A DNA stretch of 64,000 nt, from contig CAVSTP010000003.1 in the NCBI GenBank assembly GCA_963730935.1, positions 1-64,000 of the forward strand, written 5' to 3'. Both the position numbers and the translations under genes were made by a program. This document shows positions 50,641 to 62,157 of the stretch, piece after piece; position 1 is the first letter of the stretch; each line of letters opens with the position of its first letter. The notes below the pieces were generated by a model, which was not told where the DNA came from, ran no database searches, and worked only from the letters and a program-made list of their open reading frames with translations. Source of the stretch: an uncultured Nitrospiraceae bacterium. GTDB taxonomy: Bacteria > Nitrospirota > Nitrospiria > Nitrospirales > Nitrospiraceae.

Positions 50641-51171
50641 ATGATCATGCTTCTTACGCATCAAGAAGAACTCAGACGTCAACTTGCACATGCCTTGCAT
50701 GTGAGGGGCCATGAAGTGGCCATTCCGCGGCATCGAGAGGACATGCTCACGGTCCTGAAGGATTCACAGCCCGAACTGGTAATTTTGGACCTGTATTTAT
50801 CGGATCGCAGTGGTGCGGAAAATTTGAGACTCATACATGACCACGAGTATGCCGGGGCCATGCTGGTATTGTCGGGGCCCTCTATGATGCCTATTGTGAA
50901 GGTCGTGTATGCCAGCGGCCTCCGAGTGACCCGCGTGGTCCAGACGCCAGACAATATAAACGGACAATATGATTTAGGGAATCTAGAATCCAACATCCAG
51001 ACGCTGTTAGACGAAGTGGGAAACCGGAAGAGGTGCCATGCGTCAATTGCACAGCGGGCGTATGAGCTTTATGAGACTGAGGGGCGTCAGGAAGGCCGCA
51101 ACTTCCAGAACTGGCTGCGAGCGGAGCAAGAGCTTTCGGGAAGTCTCGGTACGAGAACAAGTGTGCGGTAG
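50641..51171 (+). CDS. atypical receiver domain fused to DUF2934
   Basis: 'PELVILDL' plus 'IAQRAYELYETEG...NWLRAE'. Confidence 0.75.
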   Translation: MIMLLTHQEELRRQLAHALHVRGHEVAIPRHREDMLTVLKDSQPELVILDLYLSDRSGAENLRLIHDHEYAGAMLVLSGPSMMPIVKVVYASGLRVTRVVQTPDNINGQYDLGNLESNIQTLLDEVGNRKRCHASIAQRAYELYETEGRQEGRNFQNWLRAEQELSGSLGTRTSVR

Positions 51172-51217
51172 ACGATACCGGCACGAACGTGTGATCAAAT
51201 ACAGAGTAAAGGACCCC

Positions 51218-51562
51218 ATGGATCTTGTCCTCTTCACCAGAAACCGGCTGAAGCAGCTCCGTCTGAGTCCGCGAGATCGCGCGCGTGCGTCTAGCATGGC
51301 AGAATCGTATATGGCAGACTTGTGGGAACCGAAGGGTCTTCAAACGGCATCGACGCGAACTCACGTCCATGATCAGCTTGAACGAGTCCTGCAATTGCCG
51401 CATGGACAATTGGCAAAGCTCGCCGACCTGCAGCGTCGGGAACACCTCAAAAAGCGGTTGGAGCACCCCTCTGGTCCATTATTGCATCGACGGCTGGGAT
51501 CTGATGCTCTTCCAACTAAATCAGACGATACATGCGATGTACAAGGATTATCAGGGAAATAG
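51218..51562 (+). pseudogene. degenerate XRE-like HTH protein
   Basis: 'RNRLKQLRL...AESY', 'LQLPHGQLAKLADLQR'; appears truncated. Confidence 0.4.
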
Positions 51563-51745
51563 TGCTGACGGGTCGGCAATTCGAGGACGGAGCGTCTGCA
51601 TGCCACGATGGACACTCCCTCCATTTTCGTATCCTCGTCTGCGTTAATTCTTGCAACTTGAGCATTTCTGACCAGCCGCCACTTGCCCATCGGCTTAGCC
51701 TTCTATGTAGCGTACAGGTTGCATAACACACAAAGGAGTCGAACC

Positions 51746-52390
51746 ATGAAGAAGATAGCACTGGGTTTCATCGGAATAGGATTGGCGAGCCTCCCATTCG
51801 CTCCGCCTTCTTATGCGGAAGAGAAGTGAACAATCGCGCCGGCCGCGGGAGAAGCCGGGTCACCGAAGCCCCGGGAAGCGACCAAGGCGGGCGAAACGGA
51901 TATGACCAACACCAAGAGCGAACCAGGTGCTGTCCCCAGTAAGTACACGATCATGCCCGTTGCCAGAGGGAAGAAGGTGGAAGTCGCGAGTGAAATGATC
52001 GGCGACACGGTTAGGAATTCAAAAGGTGAGGATATTGGCAAGTTAGAGCAACTCATCATGGATTCTGAGACCAAGAGGGTTGAGTATGCAATGATTTCAA
52101 TCGGCGATACCGGCCAACTGAAGGCCTATCCCTGGAGCTCCTTCAAAGTTAACAAGGAACAAGGAAACGTTGTTCTCGATGTGACGCCGGAACAGCTTCA
52201 GGCGAAGGCGACGGATCTCTCTCCGGGCATTCAGGAGATCGAGCAGCAGTTACAGGCCTTGCAAAAAAGTGAGGCACGTATAGGAACACGTGACGGACAG
52301 AATATGGGAAATCGCGGTAGTGGTGGCCCCATGGGCGAAACTACAAAGGGTGGGGGTGGCGCGGAAAGAGCGCCAGTCGACAAGAAGTAG
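51746..52390 (+). pseudogene. secreted PRC-barrel protein with in-frame TGA at 51827
   Basis: RBS AAGGAG + signal peptide MKKIALG...SYAEEK, TGA, then same frame into 'ASEMIGDTVRNSKGEDIGKLEQLIMD...VEYA...PW'. Confidence 0.75.
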
Positions 52391-52784
52391 ATTCAGCGCT
52401 CAATGGCAGGCGCTCCTTTGAACGAGGGAAGGGGCGCTGTACCTTGTGACGACGTGACGGTAGTCATTAAGCAGATGTATCGCTGCGCTATTACACAGCT
52501 GCAGCCTGGTCGGTCTCGCCCACCAAATGCTTTGGCTCATCATTGACTTAATTAGGACAGCGGTATACAGAGGCCAAAATCCGGGCAGGCGGTTCTGTGC
52601 CGGGTTCTTGCAACCCAACACGAGAATCCCTTGTTACCGCCCCGTCACGGAGCATTGGCACCATCAAAGAGCAGCAAGGCCCCGCCTGCCCCTCGGACGT
52701 ACAGATTACTCGGTCTACCGGCTGGGTTTCGGCAGTGTGACGAGTCCCCGGGGACAACGGCGGTGAAAGAGTGGAGGAGAGATT

Positions 52785-53087
52785 ATGACAACGAAACGTG
52801 CCTTTGTCGGGAAGGGTGCGATGGTGTGGTGGTGCGCCGTCTTGGGGATGTCAGGATGTATTTCCGTGGAACCTGTCCCTAGTTCCGCAACGTATTGGGA
52901 AGCCAAGGAGGTGCCCCATTCGCAGGCGCTCACGGATTACAATGCCTGTAAGATGTGGTCCACCGTGAAGTATGCAGAATCCGAGAAGAGAGAGGAAATC
53001 ATCACGGACAATTTGGGCTACTGGATTCACGTCCCCCTTCTGAAATCGTGCATGGAGCGTAAGGGCTACAAATACGTCGGTCCGTAG
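52785..53087 (+). CDS. small lipoprotein
   Basis: Lipobox 'MSGC', 'DYNAC', 'CMERKGY'. Confidence 0.65.
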   Translation: MTTKRAFVGKGAMVWWCAVLGMSGCISVEPVPSSATYWEAKEVPHSQALTDYNACKMWSTVKYAESEKREEIITDNLGYWIHVPLLKSCMERKGYKYVGP

Positions 53088-53157
53088 GTTGGACGCCGGC
53101 TCCAACTTCAGTAGTCACGGTCGCGAGAAGCCAGCCGGCACACAAATGCCGGTAGAT

Positions 53158-53859
53158 CTACCTCCCAAAATGCCACATCAGCCCCACGACAAAATTTTGA
53201 GAGTCGTAATTTCCTTTGATCCCGCTAAACCTGATGTTTGTGTTGTTGTACTTGAATTCGCCGAACAACGCCCATTCCTGTGTCAACACATACCGGGCAC
53301 CTGCAACGAACTGAAATCCAGGATTCGCTTGGGTGTTCGACTGTCCACCCTGTGAGCCGGTAGCAAAGAACAATCCGTACCCGATGCCGCCATAGGGTTG
53401 AAAGACATCACTCATGGACGGCGAGCGGATGATCAAGTTCATAGTCCAGACAGTAAGCCGAAGTGAGGTGGTCGGCATGTTAGCGGCAAACACACTGCCT
53501 GAGCTCGTCCCTCCCACAACCGTCTGTTGCTTCACGTCTGGCTTCTGAGTGTAGAGATCCGTTTCTATTCCCAGCCAAGGACGCGACAGAAAAAAATAGC
53601 CTCCCTTGACACCCCCAAGGAGACCAGACTTGAGTTCGAGATCATTGATGCGGGCGTTAGTAACGCCGCCTCCCAGAGTCGCATTGGAGACGGTGACATT
53701 CGACAGCGAGCCAGGAGCGGAAATGCCTCCATACCCACCGACATACCACTCAGCCTGAGCCGTGGTGGTGAGTAGGCCACTTCCCGTGACCGTCCACACC
53801 ACGAGCAGTGCACCAGGGATCCAAGACCTTACGACGGAACTCCACCGGACGGCGTTCAT
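53158..53859 (-). CDS. outer membrane beta-barrel protein
   Basis: Signal 'AQA', alternating strands, 'QPYGGIG', C-terminal aromatic. Confidence 0.85.
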   Translation of the reverse strand: MNAVRWSSVVRSWIPGALLVVWTVTGSGLLTTTAQAEWYVGGYGGISAPGSLSNVTVSNATLGGGVTNARINDLELKSGLLGGVKGGYFFLSRPWLGIETDLYTQKPDVKQQTVVGGTSSGSVFAANMPTTSLRLTVWTMNLIIRSPSMSDVFQPYGGIGYGLFFATGSQGGQSNTQANPGFQFVAGARYVLTQEWALFGEFKYNNTNIRFSGIKGNYDSQNFVVGLMWHFGR

Positions 53860-54097
53860 AATGCCCCGTCGGTGTGCGGATAATTATGGGCATCAAGGCT
53901 TTTTGTAGAGTTTAGCGTAGCGCTTTCATCCCATCAAGGAAGACCTAAGAAACCGTCCGCCACGAAGCTGAACAGGTCATACAGAGAGAGGGACCTTGAC
54001 CCTTCAATCGGATGTCACAGCACTATAGGAAGTTTTAGCCTTTCCCCATGTATTCCATTTGCCTATACCACGTTAAGTGTTGCAACTTGGTCGGTCA

Positions 54098-54430
54098 TCG
54101 GCGAAACCGGGTCAAAGAATCAAAGAACGTCGAGAAGCGATAAGCCGGGCGAAACGCAGATGGGGTCGCGAGTGAAATGGTCGGCGACACGGTCAAGAGG
54201 CGTTAATTGGCAGGTCAGCGCAGGAAATCGAGCAACGGGTACAGATCTTTCAAAACAGTGAGGCATGCATAGGAGCATGTGAGGGGCAAAATATGGGAAG
54301 TCGCGGTGCCGCTGGCCCAATGGGCGAGGCAACAAAGGGCGGAGGTGGCAGGGAAAGAAGTCGGCAACAAGCAAATTACGCACCCAGGGGTCGGTGCTCC
54401 TGCTGTTGGTTGAACGAGGGGAGGGGCGCT
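54098..54430 (+). pseudogene. internally deleted second copy of the PRC-barrel gene and its downstream flank
   Basis: GTCGCGAGTGAAAT.GTCGGCGACACGG-like block, 'NMG.RG..GPMGE.TKGGGG' coding and TTGAACGAGGGA flank resemble 51983-52438. Confidence 0.7.
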
Positions 54431-54594
54431 CAGGCCCATAACAGGGATCAGTTACCCTTCCCCGGCGTGTGGCGGTCCGGCTCCATCTTCATCTCGCGTT
54501 CCCCTTGCACAACTACAGACCGACCGGGCCTGCCCTGCCCCGCCCTTCTACCAGTGTCCTAGCCACCTTCTTCAATAGTTTTTCGATGTCGCAT

Positions 54595-55170
54595 TCACTT
54601 AGCTGGAGGCATCGTTGTCGTCGTCGTCGTGGTAGTGGTCGACCGTGAGCTTGTTGGATCACTTGTGTCGCTCGGTTTATCATCGGTTGCATCACTTGCT
54701 CGAGCACTGGTTTGACCGCTGCTTCGGCCGTGGTTTTGATCACTTGTTTGACCAACGGCCTGGCCGCCCTGCCCGCCAACCTTGATGACTCCAGAAACGT
54801 TTTGCTCACCAGCAGTCCTAGCTGATTCCATCCTGACGGTATACCGGAACGTGCCGGCATCTCTGAAACAGATGCTGGCAGTTTCGTTCGTGCTCAGTTG
54901 GGCTGTATCGCTGGATGTCATCCACCCACCGAAATTACTCTTGCATGACACCTGCTTGTCCGACACAGGGTCGATTAAGATGACTCGTACAGGTGCGTTC
55001 CTCTTGTTGACCCACCGAACTTCATCACCTGGATTGACAGTAATTTCCCCTGACGCCAGGCTATCCCCAATAATCACGTCTTTCACGTCACCAGTCCTCG
55101 TCACCGTGGGCATGCCCTGGCAGCCCAATACGAGAACGACCGCAATACTTAGATATCGGATCGCGTTCAT
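54595..55170 (-). CDS. cupredoxin-fold-like lipoprotein with Thr-rich tail
   Basis: Lipobox 'VLGC', 'VNPGDEVRWVN', 'F...GTFRY'. Confidence 0.7.
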   Translation of the reverse strand: MNAIRYLSIAVVLVLGCQGMPTVTRTGDVKDVIIGDSLASGEITVNPGDEVRWVNKRNAPVRVILIDPVSDKQVSCKSNFGGWMTSSDTAQLSTNETASICFRDAGTFRYTVRMESARTAGEQNVSGVIKVGGQGGQAVGQTSDQNHGRSSGQTSARASDATDDKPSDTSDPTSSRSTTTTTTTTTMPPAK

Positions 55171-55298
55171 AGGAAGTACCTCCTTTGCAATAACGTCACG
55201 ACATTCACTCACAACACCGTGATAATCGGCGATGAGTTGCTGACACCTGAATAATTCTACGCCTTTCAAGGATGGCAACTGATCAAAACTGCTCAGCT

Positions 55299-56444
55299 TT
55301 ATTTCAGGGCGGAATCGATTCGAGCGGCTGCTTCGGGTGTCACCAGTTGACTAGTCGGGGCCTGATAGTTCTCACGGTAGATCTTGAACATGGCGATGGC
55401 GATTCCCAGCAAAATCGGACCCAGGAACAAGCCGATAAATCCAAAGTAGGCAAGGCCGCCCACGGAAGCAAAGAAGAGAAAGAGCACCGGTAAGCCCGCC
55501 TCGGAACCGACCAGCAGCGGCTGCAGGACGTTGTCCATCAGCCCCACGAGTCCTACGCCCACGACGATCATCACGATCATTTTCCACAGCGAAGCCGTCC
55601 ACAAGAGGTATGCCGCGACCGGCACCCAGACCAGCGCCGTTCCTCCGAACGGCAACAAGGAGACAAGAGCGCTGATCGCGCCGAGAAAGACGGGGAAGGG
55701 GACATCAAGCGCCCAATAGGCGAGGCCGGCCACGACGCCTTGCGCCAGAGCCGTCAGCAAAGTACCGCGCACGACGCCATTCATCGTCTGAGTCAGGCGG
55801 TCGAAAATGACTACTTTATGACTCTCCTCGATGGGAACCGCATCGTAAAAGACATCGTAGAGGCGCTGACCGTCTCGAAAGAAAAAGAACAGCGTGAACA
55901 GCATAATCAAGAAATCCGTGACTAGATCGAAGGTATTCCTCGCGAACCCACTAACACCGGTCAGCAGGACCGCGCTAACGGCTTTCCCTCCTTCGAGGAG
56001 CGACCCCTGGAGATCTCCATAGGCCAATACAAAACTTCCCAGGAGTTCTTGTGAGATGTTGCCGATGAACGGTAACGCGGAAACCGTGGCTGGAAGTTGC
56101 TTCAGCCCGCCGTTCTGCAGCCACGTCATGGCCGCCTGATACGCATGAATGGTCTCCGTGATCGCCAAAAATGCGACGTACGCCACCGGTAAGACCGCAA
56201 GAAAGGTGACGGCAAGGGTACTGAGGAGGGCACAGACCGTTGGTTTTCCCTTAAATAGGTGAAACAGATATTGATATAGGGGGTAGAACAGACGCGCTAG
56301 GATGAGGGCCCACAAAATTGGCGTAAAAAAAGGCGCGAAGATCAACGCCAACTGATAGAGCAGCAGCGTGCACAGAATCAAGAAGGCGGTGGAAAGTACC
56401 TGAGGAGACATCTGTTCGTTTGAGACGGATGAGCGGGAGTTCAC
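55299..56444 (-). CDS. AI-2E family transporter
   Basis: 'FFFFRDG', 'LLPFGGTALVWVP', 'DNVLQP', 'GFIGLFLGP'. Confidence 0.9.
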   Translation of the reverse strand: MNSRSSVSNEQMSPQVLSTAFLILCTLLLYQLALIFAPFFTPILWALILARLFYPLYQYLFHLFKGKPTVCALLSTLAVTFLAVLPVAYVAFLAITETIHAYQAAMTWLQNGGLKQLPATVSALPFIGNISQELLGSFVLAYGDLQGSLLEGGKAVSAVLLTGVSGFARNTFDLVTDFLIMLFTLFFFFRDGQRLYDVFYDAVPIEESHKVVIFDRLTQTMNGVVRGTLLTALAQGVVAGLAYWALDVPFPVFLGAISALVSLLPFGGTALVWVPVAAYLLWTASLWKMIVMIVVGVGLVGLMDNVLQPLLVGSEAGLPVLFLFFASVGGLAYFGFIGLFLGPILLGIAIAMFKIYRENYQAPTSQLVTPEAAARIDSALK

Positions 56445-56505
56445 CGGCTGAGGTCCTCGGCCGCAGCCTCCCTCTTGCCGGTGATACTGGTGCGAGCGTC
56501 TCTGC

Positions 56506-57099
56506 TTACACCATCTGCTTCCGAGACTTCTTGGCTCGAGCAGCCGCCGCCGCCGTTTTCACATTCATCTCTTCTTCTGGAGGCGGAAGGACTGCTGCCA
56601 ATCCTAGCGACTCGATCCACAGTTCACGACTCCAGCCCATGCTATGGTACAAGTGTTCGTCTTCTTGGTCCTCGACTTGCTCACACGCGGCTTTCAGAGC
56701 CTTGCCTTCCGGCGCGGGCATTTGCTCGGCCGCCTGAGCCATGAGTTCCCAGTTCTGATGGTCCTTGGTCTCTGCCGTGACCACGCATTCTGCGGCGACG
56801 AGTTGAGCCGCCTTGGGGTTTCCGGCTTTCAGCGCCATGTTCATCGCTTCCACTAGCGCTTCGCCTTGATGCCTGACCACCCGTCGTCCTGGGGTCTCTT
56901 CCGCTGGATCTAAGCCCATCTCGGGCAGCAGATCGCGTAGGAGTTTTTCATGTGTACGGGTTTGATCGAGATACTTCTGCCATTCGTCTTTGAGGTCATC
57001 GTTGACCGCGCATTGGAGGGCGGCCTCATACACCTGGACCCCGCCCACCTCTGTTTCTAACGCTTGGAATAGGAGTTCATGCAATTGTTCTTTCTTCAT
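56506..57099 (-). CDS. ferritin-like (DUF892-like) protein
   Basis: 'QALETEVGG', 'QTRTH', 'ETKDHQNWE', 'EDEH' di-iron-type motifs. Confidence 0.8.
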   Translation of the reverse strand: MKKEQLHELLFQALETEVGGVQVYEAALQCAVNDDLKDEWQKYLDQTRTHEKLLRDLLPEMGLDPAEETPGRRVVRHQGEALVEAMNMALKAGNPKAAQLVAAECVVTAETKDHQNWELMAQAAEQMPAPEGKALKAACEQVEDQEDEHLYHSMGWSRELWIESLGLAAVLPPPEEEMNVKTAAAAARAKKSRKQMV

Positions 57100-57163
57100 G
57101 CGAATTATCCCTTTCTGATTCGGAATGGTTGCTAGGGTGACGACGGCACTCACAGCGGAGGGA

Positions 57164-59353
57164 TCATGCGGGGACCTGGCCTTTGGACTCGCGTTCCCAA
57201 TGTCGATGTTTGCCGATCGCGGTGACGAATTGTGCGGCCACCTGCGCGGTGGAGGCACCGTCGAGAATGATGCCCGGATCCGCATCTAGCGGTGTTCTCT
57301 TAGGCTGGGGTTTCACCATCTCATCCGCTCCGAGCAAGGCAGCGGTCACCAGTGCCGCGGCTTCGCCTGTGGCGGCAATTGTCTTGCAGTGCGTGTAGGC
57401 TTCCGTGATGAAATGGAGCGCTTTGCCGATTTTCATCAGGCTCGCCACACTCTGCTCCCCACCTGGCACATAGACAGCGTCAAATAATACAGACCCTGCG
57501 GTTAAAAAACTGAAGTCAACAGGAAGCTCAGTGCCTTTTGCTCCCGTTAACGTGCCAAGTCGCGGGCCAATGATTTTGGCTTGGCCTCCAGCGGCCGTCA
57601 CGGCCTTCTTGATGGTGGAGAGATCCGCATCGTCGAAGCCGTCGGCCGCAAGAACGGCCACTTTGCGCGTGGCAATGCCGTTCTTGGCCGAGGATGCCAT
57701 GCTCAGAGCCGGTGAGCGTTCCAGCGAGCCATTGCCGCGCACCGGTTGGAATTCATGTATATGGCCATCGGCGGGCACACTCATATTCATCGGCCCTTCC
57801 AGTTTGGCAATCTTCATCCCGAGACCTTGTGCGACCAGACCGGCCAGTGTCTTATCCACCTGAGCCAAGAGTCCGAGCATGCGTGCGCGGATTGCAGATA
57901 CTTCCACCTTGCCCAATTCAAATTGGAGCGCCTGCACGATATGGGCTTTTTCTGGCGGGGATTGGCTATTATAAAACAGTTTGGCCTGGCTGAAATGGTC
58001 AAAGAACTTCTCACTCCGCCCGCGGACCTTGGTCCCTTTCATCTCTTCGGCATAGCTGACAAATCCGCCTGCATTGGCTTGCGCCTGCATCGGGCATCCG
58101 CCGCCCAATGAATTCGGCTGGTAACTGACGCGACCTTGATTGATCGTTTGGCGCATATGACCGTCCCGTTGATTGTTGTGCACGGGAGCGATGGGGCGGT
58201 TGATGGGAATCTCATGAAAATTGGGTCCGCCTAAACGTATGAGTTGTGTGTCCGTGTAGGAGAACAGACGGCCTTGCAGCAGCGGATCGTTGGAAAAATC
58301 AATGCCTGACACGACGTGCCCTGGATGGAAGGCGACCTGCTCCGTTTCAGCAAAAAAATTCTCGGGATTGCGGTTCAAGGTCAATTTGCCGATTCGTCTC
58401 ACCGGGACGAGTTCCTCCGGAATAAGCTTCGTGGCGTCGAGGAGATCAAAATCAAACTTCTGTTCATCCTTTTCTTCGACGATCTGCACCCCGAACTCCC
58501 ATTCTGGAAAATCACCATTCTCGATCGCTTCCCACAGATCGCGCCGGTGGAAGTCAGGATCCAGACCGGAAATTTTCTGTGCTTCATCCCAGACGACCGA
58601 ATGCACGCCCAATACTGGCTTCCAGTGAAATTTCACGAACCGCGATTTCCCCTTCTCATTCACGAATCGAAAGGTATGGACGCCGAAGCCCTCCATCATG
58701 CGATAGCTTCGTGGAATAGCCCGGTCCGACATGACCCACATAATCATGTGCATCGATTCTGGCATCAACGAAATGAAGTCCCAGAATGTATCGTGGGCCG
58801 ACGCGGCCTGCGGGATTTCCCGGTGAGGCTCGGGCTTGATCGCATGGACGAGATCGGGAAACTTGAGGCCATCCTGGATGAAAAAGACCGGAATATTGTT
58901 GCCGACCAGATCAAAATTGCCTTCTTCGGTATAGAATTTCACAGCAAAGCCACGCACGTCTCTCGCCAAATCAGACGATCCGCGTGATCCCACCACCGTC
59001 GAGAAGCGGACGAACACGGGCGTCTTGTGGTCGGGATCTTGAAGAAATTTCGCCTTCGTGAGGGATGCCATCGGTTCGTACACTTGGAAAAATCCGTGCG
59101 CCGCCGCGCCTCGTGCATGCACCACGCGTTCGGGGATGCGCTCGTGATCAAAGTGGGTGATTTTCTCGCGAAGATGGAAGTCTTCTAAGAGGGAAGGTCC
59201 GCGCTCGCCGGCTTTGAGCGTATTTTGATCATCGTTAACGCGGAGTCCGTGATTGGTGGTGAGATACTGCTCATCTGGATTGTCCTGAAACGTGGCCAGG
59301 TCTTTAGCCTTGGCATTCTTGTCTTTCGGCGTTTTCCCCATTCGAGCTCCCAT
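57164..59353 (-). CDS. katE: large-subunit monofunctional catalase (HPII type)
   Basis: '[15 protein letters not shown]', 'RLFSYTDTQ', C-terminal DJ-1-like domain. Confidence 0.96.
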   Translation of the reverse strand: MGARMGKTPKDKNAKAKDLATFQDNPDEQYLTTNHGLRVNDDQNTLKAGERGPSLLEDFHLREKITHFDHERIPERVVHARGAAAHGFFQVYEPMASLTKAKFLQDPDHKTPVFVRFSTVVGSRGSSDLARDVRGFAVKFYTEEGNFDLVGNNIPVFFIQDGLKFPDLVHAIKPEPHREIPQAASAHDTFWDFISLMPESMHMIMWVMSDRAIPRSYRMMEGFGVHTFRFVNEKGKSRFVKFHWKPVLGVHSVVWDEAQKISGLDPDFHRRDLWEAIENGDFPEWEFGVQIVEEKDEQKFDFDLLDATKLIPEELVPVRRIGKLTLNRNPENFFAETEQVAFHPGHVVSGIDFSNDPLLQGRLFSYTDTQLIRLGGPNFHEIPINRPIAPVHNNQRDGHMRQTINQGRVSYQPNSLGGGCPMQAQANAGGFVSYAEEMKGTKVRGRSEKFFDHFSQAKLFYNSQSPPEKAHIVQALQFELGKVEVSAIRARMLGLLAQVDKTLAGLVAQGLGMKIAKLEGPMNMSVPADGHIHEFQPVRGNGSLERSPALSMASSAKNGIATRKVAVLAADGFDDADLSTIKKAVTAAGGQAKIIGPRLGTLTGAKGTELPVDFSFLTAGSVLFDAVYVPGGEQSVASLMKIGKALHFITEAYTHCKTIAATGEAAALVTAALLGADEMVKPQPKRTPLDADPGIILDGASTAQVAAQFVTAIGKHRHWERESKGQVPA

Positions 59354-59568
59354 AAGTTAAGGAAAGATATTCTTACGGTCGCATGGATACACGCACGATA
59401 GGACCGGGTAGAGCCCTTGCTCATGAGATTGGGATGCCTAGCCGTTCCCGCTGCCGCCAGTGGACTGAAGCCCTAGATGAAGACACGGCGAATTGTCACA
59501 GGTGACACCAGGAGGGGTGACAGGGGGAAGGGTTTTTGGCTCGGTCGAACCACTCACTGAATCAGCCG

Positions 59569-60835
59569 TCATTCCTGGACCGTCGTCTTATGTTTTACTT
59601 GTCCTCTTGGCCTCTTCAATGATCGATCCGTGAGTGCGCGCGAGGAACGATTCGACAGAGTGTCACTCAGGGGCAGCACAAGCGTCGCCGTCGTGCCATT
59701 CCCTGGCGAAGACTCCAGCTCGAACCGGCCACCTAGCGACAACAGCCGCTCGCGTATAGTCGAGAGGCCAAATCCGGACGTTGGAGAATGTGCCTTCTTG
59801 CTCGCGTCCGCCAGATCAAAGCCTGCACCTTGGTCGGAAATCTGAATGCACAACGATCCATTGACCTGTTCGAGCGTAATTGTCGCCTCATGCGTCTTGG
59901 CATGCTTGACACAATTGAACAGTAGCTCACGGCTCGATTGAAACAGCAGCAACGCTTGCTCCTCCGGTATCGTCGTAATCTCCGTCTTGATTTGCAACGA
60001 GACGAACAGATTGTGCTGCTGCATCTGCTCCGCCAGCCAGTGGAGTGCCATCGGCAGGCCGGACTCGGATAAAGTGGGTGGACTGAGCTGTGACATCAAG
60101 GTCCGCGTGTAGGTCATCGCCTTGCGTGCGACCTCTTCCACCTCGGTAATAATCTTCGCGAGCGGAGGCTGCATGGGCTGCTGTTTTGCCAGGCCGAGTT
60201 TGATCCCGATCAGGGACAGGAGCTGGGCGAGATCGTCATGGAGATTCACCGCCAAGCGCTTGCGCTCACGCTATTCCGTTACGGTCAGTTCCGCGCTCAA
60301 GAGTCGCAGCCGCTTCCGCGATTCCGTCAATTCCTCCGTCCGTTGAGTCACCCGCGCTTCCAATGCGTCCTTTGATTGCCACAGCAGTTCTTCCATCCGT
60401 TTGCGTTCTGTAACATCGTAGAAGCAATTGATCGCGCCCCTGATTTCGCCTCGCTCATCCATCAACGGAGCAATATTTACGATGACGATCACCCGCGAGC
60501 CATCGGGCCGCTCGATATGCACTTCCGCGTCATGGACTCCGGGGATCTTGCCAGTCAGCACGTCGCCCATAGGACATTGCTCGTGTGGCACATAACTGCC
60601 GTCTGGGCGGTACAGCTTGAACGAGCCGCAGAACCGCTCATCGGTATCCCCTGGCGCGGGTTTGCGGCCCCACAGTTCCGATGCGCGGTGGTTGTATTCC
60701 TGGATGACACCCGAGCCATCACAGCAATAGACGGCGATGGGGGCCAAGTCGAACAAGGTGCGATAGTCCCCATGGCTTTCGCACAATGCTGAATCATCTA
60801 GTCTTGAATCCGTGCATTTGGTCTTGGCGGTGCAT
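59569..60835 (-). pseudogene. PAS-HisKA_3 histidine kinase split by in-frame TAG at 60271
   Basis: 'LTVTE*RERKRLAVNLHDDLAQ' in one frame; PAS upstream, HATPase downstream; the RBS-associated ATG near 60835 is out of frame. Confidence 0.8.
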
Positions 60836-60905
60836 GCAAGCCTCCCTACAAAAGGAACAGTTTGCCTACAGAGGACAAGTCGGCGCGGTGGAAACAAGAA
60901 GTGTT

Positions 60906-61331
60906 CTAGCGCTTCGATCTGACAGCAGCCACAGCGTTCTGAATCGCATTCTCCAAGTCCTGAGCCGTTGTGGCCTGTTTGACCAAGCACACCTGGGCGC
61001 CATTGTGTTTTGCCATCTCTAGCAAATTAGGCACCCGCAGATGAGTGAGGATGACCACCGCTATCTGTGGGCGTGTGCGATCACGAATCAAATTAAATAG
61101 GACATAGAAGCCGGATTCCGGCATGTCGAGATCTAAGACAATACAATCGACCAGTTGAGATCGGCAAAGATCGAGACCCGACTGTCCGTTCGAAGCTTCC
61201 AATACCGTATAGTTGTGGGCTGAATGTTTGAGCGCTTCACACCAATACTTCCGATCTCCGTCGTTATCGTCGATGACCAGAACCGTTGCAAGAGTGGTCG
61301 ATCGTTGTGGAGCATTGACAGCGAGCACCAT
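60906..61331 (-). CDS. single-domain response regulator
   Basis: 'VLVIDDN', 'LDLDMP', 'LVK'. Confidence 0.8.
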   Translation of the reverse strand: MVLAVNAPQRSTTLATVLVIDDNDGDRKYWCEALKHSAHNYTVLEASNGQSGLDLCRSQLVDCIVLDLDMPESGFYVLFNLIRDRTRPQIAVVILTHLRVPNLLEMAKHNGAQVCLVKQATTAQDLENAIQNAVAAVRSKR

Positions 61332-62157
61332 AAACTTCGCCTCCCGCCTTGGGTCGGCCCCAGAACTAGAACTCGCACCCGAGAACTGTCGCGCAATCTA
61401 TCCATTAGACCGATGGCAATCTGGTCAAAATTGCTCACTAGTGAAGAATTCATGGAAGAGGAGGTGGGGACCTACCCCTGCGCGAAGGCAGTCGTGCAGG
61501 GCGACATTAAGAAGCAAGAAGGGAACTGATAATGCGCAACCCACCGTTACATTGAATGAATCCCGGCTTGCGGAACTTATTCCCGCTCGCGTTTCTTGAA
61601 CTGACCGTCGCAATGAGCGGCTCCCGGCTTCCCTTCTTTCCCACAGTGGGCCAGCAGTAGAAGCACCCGTGCCAGCCGTTCTCGACTGAATAGGTTCCGC
61701 AGTGGGGCTGCAGACACTAAAAAATTTATAACGCTTCATAAACATCCGCTTACAGAGTATCGATGCTTTGGCCCTATAGCGGCCACGATGAGTTCGATGT
61801 AGTATGAAATCTCAAGCGATACTGAGCCACGCCGACTGTCCCATCTCTCGCGCTAACTCCGTTCCCACACCGCGCGTCTGATTCCCCTGGTCTACGCCGC
61901 TCGTTCGAGAAAACGCACCTCTGCCATCACTAGTGTCTTTCCTCGGATCTGTAGTCCTGTTGGGGGAGACCTTTGCACGGCGATGATGTTCGACATCACA
62001 AAGCCGCAATTGTTCCTGCAGCTCTTTTTGGGAAGGCGCGTGACGATGCGAGATGGACGGTGAAGGTGGTGCCAATCAAGTGATCGGTGCATTTACGGCG
62101 ACATTTTGCCCGTGAGCCGTCTGAGAAATGCTTACCCACGAGAAAGGATAGTCCCAC

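Noticed and set aside
23639..60273. Systematic stop-codon reassignment
   Set aside because: Interrupting stops are of two types (TGA, TAG), coexist with frameshifts, and intact genes use both as normal terminators; decay or sequencing error is simpler.
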